64,000 nucleotides of DNA from a virus (Duplodnaviria; Caudoviricetes), in IMG/VR virus record IMGVR_UViG_3300034053_000029, positions 64,001 to 128,000 of that record. One strand, 5' to 3'. A program made the position numbers and the translations under genes. Below, one piece after another: positions 42,410 to 52,589 of the stretch. How positions within the stretch are numbered: the first letter of the stretch is position 1; each line of letters starts with the position of its first letter. The notes beneath the pieces are model-generated. The model worked only from the letters and a program-made list of their open reading frames with translations, was not told where the DNA came from and ran no database searches.

Positions 42410-44938
42410 CTAAACAAAAAAATCATCTAATGATGATGCTCTAATAATATCCCACTTGATCGCATCTGTGATACTTTTAATTGGTGACATGAACACCTTC
42501 TCGAACATGATATCATAATCGATGTACTGATGCAAGTTCAATTCCTTTGGAAATTTTGATGCGGCAGGAAATGCAATTCCAACTCCCTTTGTTGGGTTCA
42601 CTTCTCTCAAATAAAAGAATCGAATCTTATCACCATTCTTGATGTTGTCAAGATTCCTAAACTTCTTTATACGCCTATTGTAACTCAATGCTGCCTTAAC
42701 GTGGAATGGAGTACCGGACTTAAACGAATCTCCATCTTGCCACTTCGTTAGGTTTGAAACTGATCTAGGAAATGCAATATCTTCGATTGGTAAGGTCTGA
42801 AACTCCTTTCGAAAGTCCTCTATGAAGTCATACAAGGCATCTTCACCTTTTTCAAAAATAACAACCACCGCATCCTTGAGTTTCTTTCTAACAAACTTTG
42901 GAGTGGACGATTTAACCAAGTCAAGCCCCAATGTCTTTAACTTGTATGGATTGTAATCCACTCCCTCAGAATTGTGAACCATCATAGAGTATCGTTTCTT
43001 TGCAGTCCAGAACCCCTTTGACGCAATCGACTCTCTCTTCATATCCATAAGAAAGTCATACGCATTTGTCATATCAAAGATATGCTTGATTGACTTATTG
43101 ATCACCGGTTGGATTGCTCTTTCAACGAACTCATCAATAAATTTAACAATCTCAGGTATTGATTTCCCCTTACAATAAGTATCGACTAAAGGCTCAACGG
43201 TAAAGTATGCGGAATCGGTATCACAAGCAATCACATAATCCTTACCATCGGTCTTGAAAATCTTATTCAAAATCTTATTCAAGACCGATTCTACATGCTT
43301 GTCTGAAAGCTGACCAGTTAATGTAATCGCTTCACCAATACGAAGGTCGTAGTATCGGAATGAACTTTGCGTAATGGCACCATATCCAGAGTTACCACCT
43401 ACTTTTAGTGCAAGTTGCCTAGTTTCTAGGCTTGCGATTTTTTGTTTTAGCGATTCATCATGAGTAGTTTGATACTCTTGATCTAACTTCAACATTTCCT
43501 TCTTGGCCTTTTTTCTTTCAACCATAAGGAATTCCATCAATTCTGGAAAGATTCCTTTCTTGTCTTTTCGATACATAGTACCATTTGAGGTCATGGTTAG
43601 CTCATGATCTTTGATATACTCAGGCCAAATAAACCCATCAATTGTATTTGGTGCGTTCTTATCAAAATTGAGTAAGTCATTCACCCCAAGATTAAACTTC
43701 ATCTCATGCATAGTTTCTGGAGAGATGTTCCACTGGCGAATAATGGTTGGGTACAGACTACTAAAGTCGACCGAAACAATCCATTTATACATATTGGGTA
43801 CTGGTTCTTTCACCCACGCACCTTCAAAACTTTCGTCTGAAGTTACATTCTTTCTTGGTGGAACCGCAATCTTCTTTTTCATCAAATGGTGGAACACGAA
43901 TACGTCCCACATTTTAACAGGCCCGAATACGTCCTTGAAATTACATTTGACCAAGAATGCTAGATCGACAATCAACTCAATCAAATTCTTTTTGTCGTTG
44001 ATTTCTTTTACTAGTTGAGAGTCAAGAGCATTATATCGAACCATCTTGTCAAAATGATTTGTGTATGCGTCATGAAATGACCTTGCTTCCTCAATTTCTA
44101 ATTTGGTTTTGTCCAATTCTTCTTGAGCGATAAACCCAAGAGCATAAGATTCCTTTGCTGAGTATGTTCCAAACTTTTTATACGCATCAAGTAAGTCAAT
44201 TAAATTTATTCCGACGATATCATACGTCTGAACATTCTTCCCCTGAATTTCAGTATTTCTCTCTTGGACAACCCCAAATGGCGAAAGCATCTTAACATAC
44301 TTCTCATCAAGTATATTTTTGATGCGATTAATTAAATATGGAAAGTCGAAGGCCGCAGTATTCCATCCGGAGATAATGTCTGGATAAGTTGATTGCCAAT
44401 CATGAATGAATGCGATGAGAAGGTCTTTCTCACTTGAGAATTGGCGATATGTAAAATTATCTTCTGGTGCGGAGTTATATTTCTTCAACCCATATACACT
44501 AATTTTACTAGTGACCTTATCCATGATAGAAATAAGGACAATTGGTATAGCAGCAATTTGTGGATCGGGAAACGCATCCATTTCTTCACCAACGACCTCA
44601 ATATCAATAAACCATGTTCGCATTTGATTAATATCATATTGAACATCTGTTGGGTGCTTTTCTGCAATAAATTGATACTGGTAGTCCTGCATACCATGCA
44701 CTTCAAATCCCGCCACATCAGAATGCGTTTTGCAAAATTCTTTGGCATCCTTAATACCATCAAAGGAAAAAGGTTCTAGTTGATCACCATATAATGATGA
44801 CCAACCAGAATTTGCTTTTGGTGATGATACGAAAAGTGTAGGCTTGAATGGAATTTTGGTGTGGATATGCTTACCGTTTCTTATGCCGCTATAAAGAATA
44901 TTATCACCACGACATACTACATTTGTATAAAATTCCAT
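42410..44938 (-). CDS. 43: Family B DNA polymerase (gp43)
   Basis: DIEV; GWN...FD; DFSSLYP; K...NSGYG; CDTDS. Confidence 0.97.
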   Translation of the reverse strand: MEFYTNVVCRGDNILYSGIRNGKHIHTKIPFKPTLFVSSPKANSGWSSLYGDQLEPFSFDGIKDAKEFCKTHSDVAGFEVHGMQDYQYQFIAEKHPTDVQYDINQMRTWFIDIEVVGEEMDAFPDPQIAAIPIVLISIMDKVTSKISVYGLKKYNSAPEDNFTYRQFSSEKDLLIAFIHDWQSTYPDIISGWNTAAFDFPYLINRIKNILDEKYVKMLSPFGVVQERNTEIQGKNVQTYDIVGINLIDLLDAYKKFGTYSAKESYALGFIAQEELDKTKLEIEEARSFHDAYTNHFDKMVRYNALDSQLVKEINDKKNLIELIVDLAFLVKCNFKDVFGPVKMWDVFVFHHLMKKKIAVPPRKNVTSDESFEGAWVKEPVPNMYKWIVSVDFSSLYPTIIRQWNISPETMHEMKFNLGVNDLLNFDKNAPNTIDGFIWPEYIKDHELTMTSNGTMYRKDKKGIFPELMEFLMVERKKAKKEMLKLDQEYQTTHDESLKQKIASLETRQLALKVGGNSGYGAITQSSFRYYDLRIGEAITLTGQLSDKHVESVLNKILNKIFKTDGKDYVIACDTDSAYFTVEPLVDTYCKGKSIPEIVKFIDEFVERAIQPVINKSIKHIFDMTNAYDFLMDMKRESIASKGFWTAKKRYSMMVHNSEGVDYNPYKLKTLGLDLVKSSTPKFVRKKLKDAVVVIFEKGEDALYDFIEDFRKEFQTLPIEDIAFPRSVSNLTKWQDGDSFKSGTPFHVKAALSYNRRIKKFRNLDNIKNGDKIRFFYLREVNPTKGVGIAFPAASKFPKELNLHQYIDYDIMFEKVFMSPIKSITDAIKWDIIRASSLDDFFV

Positions 44939-44946
44939 ATAACTCC

Positions 44947-46287
44947 TTATTTGATCAACGATTCAAATTGATCCTTAATCTGTTGCAGCGAATCTGCAAC
45001 GTGTTTGTCCTCACGAATTTCTGCACAACGTGGCAGAAACATCGACCATGTAGTTTTGTTGCCGGTAGGTTTCATCAAACTGTTACCAGTCACTGCCATG
45101 ATCTTACCACATATGGTATCCCAATCATTGAAGATTTGCAACCTCTCGTCATCAGTAAAGCCAGAAACATTCACTTCAAGCAATCCATCGGATGAACGAC
45201 ACAGAATAGAACCGAATGTAGCCTCATTCTTGCCCTTGCCTTCGTTTAAAGAAACGATCTCAAGGTCGATGGTCGCCTCCAATTTAAATTTAATCTGATC
45301 CTTGCTAGTGGTGTCCTTCCATACGCCGGTCTTGGTCTTGATGATGGTTCCTTCCTTACCTTCCTCAAGCATTTCTTGATAGTGCTGAAGTGCATCTTCG
45401 TATGATTTCACAATACGAAATGGGATCACTCGAATAGAATCTTGAATTCCTAGATTGGTGACTTGTCCTTGTAACAAGTCAAAACGGACGCTGTATTCGG
45501 TTTTGTACTCTAAGCCGGACATAGCATTCTCAAGCGGAATCTGATCCCAAACTACATACACGGCACGTTGATTCTTGTTCTTGAAGTCGCCACCTTTAGC
45601 GATTGAATTCATTATACCATTGCCAATTTCACGAGGCAATACCTTACCATTTTCCTCGACCATGAGTTCTCCATGAGTACGAGTGTTTTTTGTCAGCATC
45701 TGCTTTGCAGCAGCAACGATATTATTTAATTTATCGTTTGGAATCGCAGTCCCACTACGAGAAGTGATAACAATTTCACCATCCTGATACACATCAAGAT
45801 TGGCAAACATGGCATCTGCTTTCTCTTGACTATATATGCCCTTACTCCAATCCCACTTGTCGAGCTTAACCGCTTTTGGTAGGGCACAACGCATATAGCT
45901 AAATTCGGGGATAATCCCCTTCCAAATTTTATTTGCGGTGCTGCTATGAACCCCGCACTTCAGATCACGATCAATGATACGAGAAACTACTTCGGCATCT
46001 TGTGATGCAACGGATGACAGGATATGCTCAAGGTGGTCTATAGCCGCATTACCGGTCACTTTACGACTAGCAATGTCACCAAGCATAGTGATTGCATCAT
46101 CTAGCGAATACAGGATTTCATCAGTCGAATACTCAGGTATTTTCTTGATCCAATAGTTGATCGTTGGGTCAAGTGCGGCCTTACACACACGCTGCAATAG
46201 AACATTCCCCTTCTCCCTCTGGAGAATCGCTTCCTTGGCTAGTCTCGACGGGTCGTTGCTCAATTCGTTCAGCAGATGTATCATCAT
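44947..46287 (-). CDS. 30: ATP-dependent DNA ligase (gp30)
   Basis: QEKADAM motif I; HGEL; EGTIIK; KFK; FLPR. Confidence 0.92.
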   Translation of the reverse strand: MMIHLLNELSNDPSRLAKEAILQREKGNVLLQRVCKAALDPTINYWIKKIPEYSTDEILYSLDDAITMLGDIASRKVTGNAAIDHLEHILSSVASQDAEVVSRIIDRDLKCGVHSSTANKIWKGIIPEFSYMRCALPKAVKLDKWDWSKGIYSQEKADAMFANLDVYQDGEIVITSRSGTAIPNDKLNNIVAAAKQMLTKNTRTHGELMVEENGKVLPREIGNGIMNSIAKGGDFKNKNQRAVYVVWDQIPLENAMSGLEYKTEYSVRFDLLQGQVTNLGIQDSIRVIPFRIVKSYEDALQHYQEMLEEGKEGTIIKTKTGVWKDTTSKDQIKFKLEATIDLEIVSLNEGKGKNEATFGSILCRSSDGLLEVNVSGFTDDERLQIFNDWDTICGKIMAVTGNSLMKPTGNKTTWSMFLPRCAEIREDKHVADSLQQIKDQFESLIK

Positions 46288-46405
46288 TATCTTTTTCCTT
46301 CTTCGTTTGTTTTGTGTCTTCTCTACTTTTGCGACTGTGTGCTAGGTATCGGTCTAAATCTTCTTCCGTACTAGCGATGAATTTGCCTTTGACTAGTGAT
46401 GCCAA
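46181..46405 (-). CDS. Hypothetical protein overlapping the ligase start
   Basis: AAGGAGG SD with TTG start; 107-nt overlap. Confidence 0.45.
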   Translation of the reverse strand: MASLVKGKFIASTEEDLDRYLAHSRKSREDTKQTKKEKDNDDTSAERIEQRPVETSQGSDSPEGEGECSIAACV

Positions 46406-46436
46406 AATACCTCCTTATGTCGCAGTTGATGGACGT

Positions 46437-46464
46437 ATTATAAACGAACGATTCTGGAAGTCAA
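46437..46464 (-). promoter_or_regulatory. sigma70-type promoter
   Basis: TTGACT-N16-TATAAT. Confidence 0.7.
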
Positions 46465-46477
46465 CAAATTTCGTAAG

Positions 46478-46582
46478 TCATTGATTCTCATCAAGAACTT
46501 TAACCATCTTTCGGGTAAGATCAATCAGGTTAGGGGCAAGGACAATGATTGTAAGGCAGATGATAATGGTGGAATCAAACAT
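46478..46582 (-). CDS. 34-aa membrane peptide (MFDSTIIICLTIIVLAPNLID...)
   Basis: AGGAG SD; TTGACT-N16-TAGAAT at 46607-46634. Confidence 0.55.
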   Translation of the reverse strand: MFDSTIIICLTIIVLAPNLIDLTRKMVKVLDENQ

Positions 46583-46657
46583 TTCGTTCTCCTAAGTGAG
46601 ATACGAATTCTACACTACTTAGATTTTAAGTCAACAACAATATGTAAGTGTTTGATT

Positions 46658-46849
46658 TTATAGATTTTCTGATTGAAGAACTAGGTACTCTATCCAATCC
46701 CTTGCAGAATTTTCCGAATAGAAGAATTGTATCTGTGACCACATCATAGCCTCATTATATGCAAATACCATAATGTAATGTTTTGGATTTAAGGATACTT
46801 TGAATATCCATTCTTTACGTCGTACTGCATTCAAGTGAACTATTTTCAT
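46658..46849 (-). CDS. Hypothetical protein
   Basis: 63-aa ORF. Confidence 0.6.
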   Translation of the reverse strand: MKIVHLNAVRRKEWIFKVSLNPKHYIMVFAYNEAMMWSQIQFFYSENSARDWIEYLVLQSENL

Positions 46850-46903
46850 CAGTGAATATGCCTAAAAGATAAATACTTAATATAGTCAAAATTGGAGATA
46901 ATC

Positions 46904-47878
46904 ATGGACAGAACACCATACACATATTTAGTAGGTTGGTCAAATTTAAATAAATGGTATTACGGCAGAAGGACTGCGAAAGGGTGTAGTCCATCCGATT
47001 TATGGGTAAAATATTTCACAAGTTCAAAAGAAGTTATTAAATTTAGAGAATTAAATGGCGAACCTGATGTAATAGAGATAAGAAAAGTATTTTCAAATGC
47101 AGATTCATGTAAAAAGTGGGAATCTAAAGTTTTACGAAGAATAGACGCTCAACATAATGAATCATTCTTGAATAAAAAGAACGGCGATGAAAATTGGGAC
47201 ACTACTGGAAGAACCGATTTGGGAAAATATGAAAGAACGGAAGAGATCAGACTTTCTATGAGTAAATTTAGACTTGGTAAGGCGAACGCATTTAATAGTA
47301 TAACAGGAGAATTTATAGGATTAATAAGCACATCAGACCCAAGATGGGAAACCGGAGAAATATATGGAAATACCAAGAATATGAGACACTCAGAAACATC
47401 AAAACAAAAAATGTCTAATCATAGACTTGGTGTGAAAATGCCAAATGGATTTGGGGATAAAATATCAAATGCTTTGTCGGGGAAACCAAAAACGGAAGAA
47501 CACAAAAATAAAATGAAAGAATCTAGATTGAGACTGATTGAATCTGGATGGTCATATTCTCACACAGAAGACACGAAAGAAAAATTAAGAAAGCCAAATA
47601 ATAAAAACAAAGGACTTGCTGCCGCCAAAGACGCAAAAACTGGAGAATTATTAGGCAAAATTAAAATTGATGATCCAAGATGGGAAACCGGAGAGATTGT
47701 AGGGGTATTGAAAGGAATACCATCTACAAATAGTTCTTCATTCAAAAAGAACTCAGCATCAGCAAAAACTAACACCGGAATCCCACTTGGAAATGTTTCT
47801 TTAGATGATCCAAGATGGGAAACCGGAGAGATTGTAGGAATACGAAAAGTTATTCAGTCAACATCTGTTTCTGAGTAA
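46904..47878 (+). CDS. GIY-YIG-like homing endonuclease with three DPRWETGE repeats
   Basis: PYTYL...WYYGRR...YFTSSK; GATAAATA at 46868-46875; GGAG SD. Confidence 0.82.
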   Translation: MDRTPYTYLVGWSNLNKWYYGRRTAKGCSPSDLWVKYFTSSKEVIKFRELNGEPDVIEIRKVFSNADSCKKWESKVLRRIDAQHNESFLNKKNGDENWDTTGRTDLGKYERTEEIRLSMSKFRLGKANAFNSITGEFIGLISTSDPRWETGEIYGNTKNMRHSETSKQKMSNHRLGVKMPNGFGDKISNALSGKPKTEEHKNKMKESRLRLIESGWSYSHTEDTKEKLRKPNNKNKGLAAAKDAKTGELLGKIKIDDPRWETGEIVGVLKGIPSTNSSSFKKNSASAKTNTGIPLGNVSLDDPRWETGEIVGIRKVIQSTSVSE

Positions 47879-48311
47879 CGGAACCATCGCTAATATCTAT
47901 CTTAGTAATTTGTGATACCTTAGCAAGATTACTAAGATATATATTCAAAAGACCATTAAACATAGTGGCATTTTTAACAACAACCGTATCTGCCAAAGTA
48001 AAATTGCGCTCGAAGTTTCTCTCGGCAATACCTTTATACAAATAGTTGTTGCTAGTGTCAGGGTTTACTTCACCCTTGACAGTTAGCACACCATCTTTTG
48101 TCGTGATTTCGACATCAGATTTCCCAAAACCTGCAACTGCCATCTCGATCACGAATTTATCGTCATCGATTTTCTTGATATTATATGGAGGCCAGTTTGG
48201 AATCTTCTTCACCGTCTCCTTCGATATTTTCTCAAGATCATCAAAAAGTCGCTCGAAACCAACCCATGATGTTAGTTGTGGAAAACCTGTAAACATTTTT
48301 TCATGTTGCAT
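47850..48311 (-). CDS. Small heat-shock protein (Hsp20/IbpA-like)
   Basis: WPPYNIKK; AVAGF; YLYKGIAERNF; NGLL. Confidence 0.93.
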   Translation of the reverse strand: MQHEKMFTGFPQLTSWVGFERLFDDLEKISKETVKKIPNWPPYNIKKIDDDKFVIEMAVAGFGKSDVEITTKDGVLTVKGEVNPDTSNNYLYKGIAERNFERNFTLADTVVVKNATMFNGLLNIYLSNLAKVSQITKIDISDGSVTQKQMLTE

Positions 48312-48316
48312 TTTTA

Positions 48317-48366
48317 TCTCCTTATATTAAGCAAGATTAAATTTACGCCGACCCCAATTGGGCATC
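48317..48366 (-). promoter_or_regulatory. ROSE-like RNA thermometer
   Basis: TCTTGCTT-AATAT-AAGGAGA pairs a UUGCU motif with the SD; upstream hairpin GATGCCC/GGGGTC. Confidence 0.55.
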
Positions 48367-48394
48367 AACGATTTGGGAAACACTCCCAAATTCT

Positions 48395-48574
48395 CTACTC
48401 AACTACTACTTGTGCTGCTTCTGGTGTTACTTGTGGTACTACTTGAGACGATCCCTGTTGCTGCAACTTACCAATAAGCGTAGATACTTGTGCATATGGT
48501 AGTTGTGCCAAGGCATTCAAAATTACATTCGCTTCATTCACGGTGACGCTTAAATTAATTTGTTGCTCACTCAT
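48395..48574 (-). CDS. 59-aa hypothetical (MSEQQINLSVTVNEANVILNALAQLPY...)
   Basis: Coupled to regA; L..LPY..V motif. Confidence 0.65.
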   Translation of the reverse strand: MSEQQINLSVTVNEANVILNALAQLPYAQVSTLIGKLQQQGSSQVVPQVTPEAAQVVVE

Positions 48575-48981
48575 TATAAATTTTCCTTTCGCTTCTTCGA
48601 ACCTACGGTATATTTAGGGACACATATCCATTCATGCTTATCTTTAAATGAAATAATTTTTATAGACGATATCGGCGCACGATTTTCTAGTATAGATTCG
48701 TTTAAGATTCTAAGCAATCCCCAATCATGAAGCAAAGACGCAATTAAATTTCTTCGGCTTATATCCTCTTCACTAATATTTGCAGTCTTACCATCCAAGA
48801 GAAAAAGTTCCTTGAACGAACAAATATAGTATTTTCCTCTCTTATGGAGAACATGACATGACTGATATAGTTTCTTCTCATTTTGATTTGCTATACCAAT
48901 CCTAGTCAACGATTCCTTAATTAGAAGAAAGTCATCAGGATGCTTTAATTCTATCGCTACACCAATATTTTCATTGTTCAT
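48574..48981 (-). CDS. regA: RegA translational repressor
   Basis: DDFLLIKESLTRIG; LYQSCHVLHKRGKYYI..FKELF.LDGK. Confidence 0.95.
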   Translation of the reverse strand: MNNENIGVAIELKHPDDFLLIKESLTRIGIANQNEKKLYQSCHVLHKRGKYYICSFKELFLLDGKTANISEEDISRRNLIASLLHDWGLLRILNESILENRAPISSIKIISFKDKHEWICVPKYTVGSKKRKENL

Positions 48982-49346
48982 TTCCCACCCGTATTCATCT
49001 TATCTCGAATTATTTGTATTTGTTCGTCAGACAGCATTTCAATGTATTTTGCTGCCATCCTCTTATTTATACAATAGTAATCCGAGATAATCTGAATATC
49101 TGGTGATTCGTCAACTTTTTTTAACCACTCCCCATACCTATTCCCTTTTGAAATGACATTCATATAAAAATCGTGTTGCTGCTTCCTATCTAAGAAAGGT
49201 CGCTTATTCATTTCATTCGAATAATGAACGCAATCGTAAATATACGACAGTCCTTTATTGATCACAAATGGAATGTAATCTTTACTATCTTCCCAAACAG
49301 AGTTCTTGTTAGAAAAACTCTTGATATACTCGAAAGGTTTAGCCAT
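48978..49346 (-). CDS. 62: Clamp loader small subunit (gp62)
   Basis: YIPFVINKGLSY..D...NEMN; start re-called at 49346. Confidence 0.88.
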   Translation of the reverse strand: MAKPFEYIKSFSNKNSVWEDSKDYIPFVINKGLSYIYDCVHYSNEMNKRPFLDRKQQHDFYMNVISKGNRYGEWLKKVDESPDIQIISDYYCINKRMAAKYIEMLSDEQIQIIRDKMNTGGK

Positions 49347-49575
49347 ACAATTCTGGTGTAATGAACACTTTAGAATTTGAAGCAACAACGATGAATCCAG
49401 AATCGATCATATGTTTGAATATCTGCCTAGCAATTTTTGGCTCCATTACTTTAGCAGGAAGTGGGTTATTGCACTCGTCCATTGCCTTTAGAAACATCAA
49501 AAAGAAATGATCAAGGTCGAACATGTCTCCCTTTTTTGTATTTTTGACAATAATTGAGAATGGGTTCATTTCCAT
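49339..49575 (-). CDS. Hypothetical protein between genes 44 and 62
   Basis: 78-aa coupled ORF. Confidence 0.6.
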   Translation of the reverse strand: MEMNPFSIIVKNTKKGDMFDLDHFFLMFLKAMDECNNPLPAKVMEPKIARQIFKHMIDSGFIVVASNSKVFITPELYG

Positions 49576-50513
49576 GTTACACCACCAACTAGAATTTCTG
49601 TCAAGAATGCTGTCATATTAATTTCCTGATCGGCAACTTGGCTTGCATAATACTGATACTGACCTATAAGGATAACAATTTCTGGAATACTCTTAGGTTC
49701 GACCTTATCAAAAATCATATCATAGAACGTTTTGAAGAACTGTACCGAATCTATATCAGAATTGGTAGAAGTCCATCGTCTAACGTCGTTAAATTTCTTC
49801 GACTTTAGCGAATCAACAAGTACGTCGAAATTGTTTTTATCCAAACTAACTAATATACCAGAATCGATCTTTCCAGTGGATGCGAACTTTTGAAGTTCAT
49901 TAAGGCAACGACGAAAATCTGGAAAATATTTCTGGATTAGTTCAATGACAACCTTCTTATCATACTCGATATTCTCATGATCCAAAATCTGCAGCACTCG
50001 TTTAGAGAACTGCATTGCAATCGCAGGTTTGTCCTTGTTTGCAATTTTGAATCCGACCACACCGCAACGAGAATGAATAGGTTCAATGATCCTTTGTGGG
50101 AAGTTACACGTTAAAATAAACGTACAGTTCTCAGAGAACGCTTCCATAGCATTTCTAAAACCAGATTGGAATGCACTCGTTAGCGCATCTGCCTCATCTA
50201 GAATAATTACCTTGCGAGATTCGGAGAATGAAGTGGTTGACGCAAATTGCGTAACCTTTGTCCTTAGAACATCGACACTATTTTCGCTAGATGCGTTTAT
50301 GATGATGTAATCGGCACCAACTTCTTCACACATTGCCCTAGCTAATGTAGTTTTTCCCGTACCTGCACTTCCATGAAAAAGTAGATTGGGGATTCTACCT
50401 TGTTCAATATATCCCCTAACCATAGCTTTAGTTGCCGCAGGTAAAATCGTATCTTCTATAGTTCTAGGTCTATACTTTTCTACAAAAAGAAATTGATTTT
50501 CGTTGTGTTTCAT
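49566..50513 (-). CDS. 44: Clamp loader large subunit (gp44)
   Basis: VEKYRP; GTGKT; DEAD; SRC; PDFRR. Confidence 0.95.
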   Translation of the reverse strand: MKHNENQFLFVEKYRPRTIEDTILPAATKAMVRGYIEQGRIPNLLFHGSAGTGKTTLARAMCEEVGADYIIINASSENSVDVLRTKVTQFASTTSFSESRKVIILDEADALTSAFQSGFRNAMEAFSENCTFILTCNFPQRIIEPIHSRCGVVGFKIANKDKPAIAMQFSKRVLQILDHENIEYDKKVVIELIQKYFPDFRRCLNELQKFASTGKIDSGILVSLDKNNFDVLVDSLKSKKFNDVRRWTSTNSDIDSVQFFKTFYDMIFDKVEPKSIPEIVILIGQYQYYASQVADQEINMTAFLTEILVGGVTWK

Positions 50514-50515
50514 AA

Positions 50516-51181
50516 TTATTCAAACTTGCTATTAGCCTCGACAGAAATATAACAGGTTAGAGGAATATCCTTATGAACAAATTGACCAATCTTCTTGCTT
50601 GAGATATTGAGAGTGTATGACCCACCGAAAAGTTTAGACAGCTTATCTAATTTAAAATAAACTTCAAACTCGTTGGTGGTACTCGCATCTAGTTCAAGCT
50701 CATAGGTATTGCTTGTTGGATTCTTAACGTCAAAAATCTTTGCCTTGATTGAGTTGCCGTCGCCAATAAAAACGATGTCGCCAACACTTAGAGCAGAAGA
50801 AACCTTCTGCATACGGTTTAGTTGATCTTGAGTGACATCAAAAGTAATCTCTGGAGTTGGGAATACCAAGTCCTTAGATGGAGTTGTGATGCAAGAAACA
50901 TCAGCATAAACATACTTGATCTTGTTATTACCTTCTTCAATGGTAACGAACTTATCATCGAAATCAAACTCAGGCTTATTGAATAGTGAAATAACACCTA
51001 GAAATTCATTCATATTGAATATACCTGCTTCCTTTGGCATAGTCTCTTCTAGGTCAACAATAGCAAGGATATCTCGTGTCTCTGATACCGTCTTTTGTTT
51101 GGTTCCTGGTCGAATTAGGAAGTTGCTGTTGATTGCGGCAAAATTCTTCATTAGGTCTGTTGTCAGTTTACTTAGTTGCAT
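50516..51181 (-). CDS. 45: Sliding clamp (gp45)
   Basis: MQLSK.T..LMKNFAAIN; EFLGVISLF; position. Confidence 0.93.
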   Translation of the reverse strand: MQLSKLTTDLMKNFAAINSNFLIRPGTKQKTVSETRDILAIVDLEETMPKEAGIFNMNEFLGVISLFNKPEFDFDDKFVTIEEGNNKIKYVYADVSCITTPSKDLVFPTPEITFDVTQDQLNRMQKVSSALSVGDIVFIGDGNSIKAKIFDVKNPTSNTYELELDASTTNEFEVYFKLDKLSKLFGGSYTLNISSKKIGQFVHKDIPLTCYISVEANSKFE

Positions 51182-51410
51182 TTAGTTCCCTCTCACGTTT
51201 TGAAATTTCATCTTGAAGATACCATACCGCTTTCTTCAAATCCTCGATAGCAGCATTCTTCCAGTCACATCGCCACGAATATTTTACAGCATTTCCTATA
51301 TTAAACCCCATATGTCGGGTTATGTCAATACACTCGATTGGACTCCCGCAGGAAGAACAAACTGCTTTGCTAGACGTGTAGTGTTTTGGGTGAGAAACAT
51401 TATCAATCAT
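51168..51410 (-). CDS. DUF3310-like protein
   Basis: DNVSHPKHY...GNAVKY.WR...EDLKKAVWYL. Confidence 0.8.
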   Translation of the reverse strand: MIDNVSHPKHYTSSKAVCSSCGSPIECIDITRHMGFNIGNAVKYSWRCDWKNAAIEDLKKAVWYLQDEISKRERELNATK

Positions 51411-51600
51411 TTACCCTAATATCCTCCATAGTTTTCATGATACACGCAGTAGACACAACAAAATATCTGGAGAATACACCTTTGATGTGTTGCCCTGCCC
51501 CAAGATCAACAACCACAAATGGTTTATTATTGATCTGCACTTCTTGAAGAACCTCAACATCAAGAGGTTCTTCAAGTGGTCTTGCCAACTTTACTTTCAT
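51403..51600 (-). CDS. Hypothetical protein
   Basis: 65-aa coupled ORF. Confidence 0.6.
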   Translation of the reverse strand: MKVKLARPLEEPLDVEVLQEVQINNKPFVVVDLGAGQHIKGVFSRYFVVSTACIMKTMEDIRVND

Positions 51601-52586
51601 TTCATGCTATCCAATTCAGATACATCAATTCCAAAGTAACTTGCAACAATGACCTTCTTCACAAAGTGACCAGTTTCGTTTCTCCAACATCCAACGGAGT
51701 CATCGAACCAGTACTTGTCATTATCGTATGATTCATCGGTCTCGTCAAGGTCTTGATCGAAATCTTCCTCATAATACTCGGTTGCATCATAATTAACGAC
51801 AGACTTGGTGGTGAAATCCTCACTCTCAAGTTGCTTGCGCCACTCGACGTTATTAACCTCACCAACGACTTCATACTTGCAGGTACGACCCTTGGCATTA
51901 TTATAATCGTTAGGGATAGACACAACGTCAGCAGGATTAATTTTAACGAGCATACAACGGCTATCGTTGGTCTGACCGTAGTGTGGCAGGTATCCCTTGC
52001 TGCAAAAGTGAAGTCCTGATGAGCAGGTGTTGGTGCGCTTGTCATCTACTTCAAAACGCTCCATTTCACAAACGGCACCAACAGAATTATCGAACTTAAC
52101 AGAATAGATATCTAGGTAATCATTACGGACGATCTTATACGCAATGAAATGTCCATCTGGTGTGATTGGAAGTTCGCTTTGTTCTAGGAACAGGAACAAT
52201 TCATCGATAGCGGTCTTGGAAGGATTCTGATACAGGTTCTCGATAAAATTAACCAGTGGGGCAGTATCAAACCCCTCGGTTGACATTTTGATTGCCTTTG
52301 CCACGATAGCATCGGCAAGGTCGTATGACTTGAAACTATTCTGAAACGTGATCTTACCAATTCCGTTGTTGATAGTAATTCCGACCTTACCAGACGAACT
52401 AGCAAACGAAATCTTGCTCATGATAACCTTGGTGTCCATTGCTTCTGCCTTGTCATACTCACCGGCAGCAACGAATTTCTTAAATTGCTCAAAACGTGGA
52501 TCGGAGCAGAACACGCTAAACTGATTTCCAGTAGCGATGTTGATAAGGGTGATTTGATCGTCATTCATGAAAAAAGTGTAGCTCAT
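51597..52586 (-). CDS. rIIB: rIIB protein
   Basis: NPS....ELFLF; ITPDGHFIAYK; CSSGLHF; KINPADVVSIP. Confidence 0.92.
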   Translation of the reverse strand: MSYTFFMNDDQITLINIATGNQFSVFCSDPRFEQFKKFVAAGEYDKAEAMDTKVIMSKISFASSSGKVGITINNGIGKITFQNSFKSYDLADAIVAKAIKMSTEGFDTAPLVNFIENLYQNPSKTAIDELFLFLEQSELPITPDGHFIAYKIVRNDYLDIYSVKFDNSVGAVCEMERFEVDDKRTNTCSSGLHFCSKGYLPHYGQTNDSRCMLVKINPADVVSIPNDYNNAKGRTCKYEVVGEVNNVEWRKQLESEDFTTKSVVNYDATEYYEEDFDQDLDETDESYDNDKYWFDDSVGCWRNETGHFVKKVIVASYFGIDVSELDSMK

Positions 52587-52589
52587 TTT

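Noticed and set aside
22807-44938. Introns or inteins in nrdJ, gene 41, uvsX and gene 43
   Set aside because: ORFs are continuous and of normal size, with no intein motifs seen
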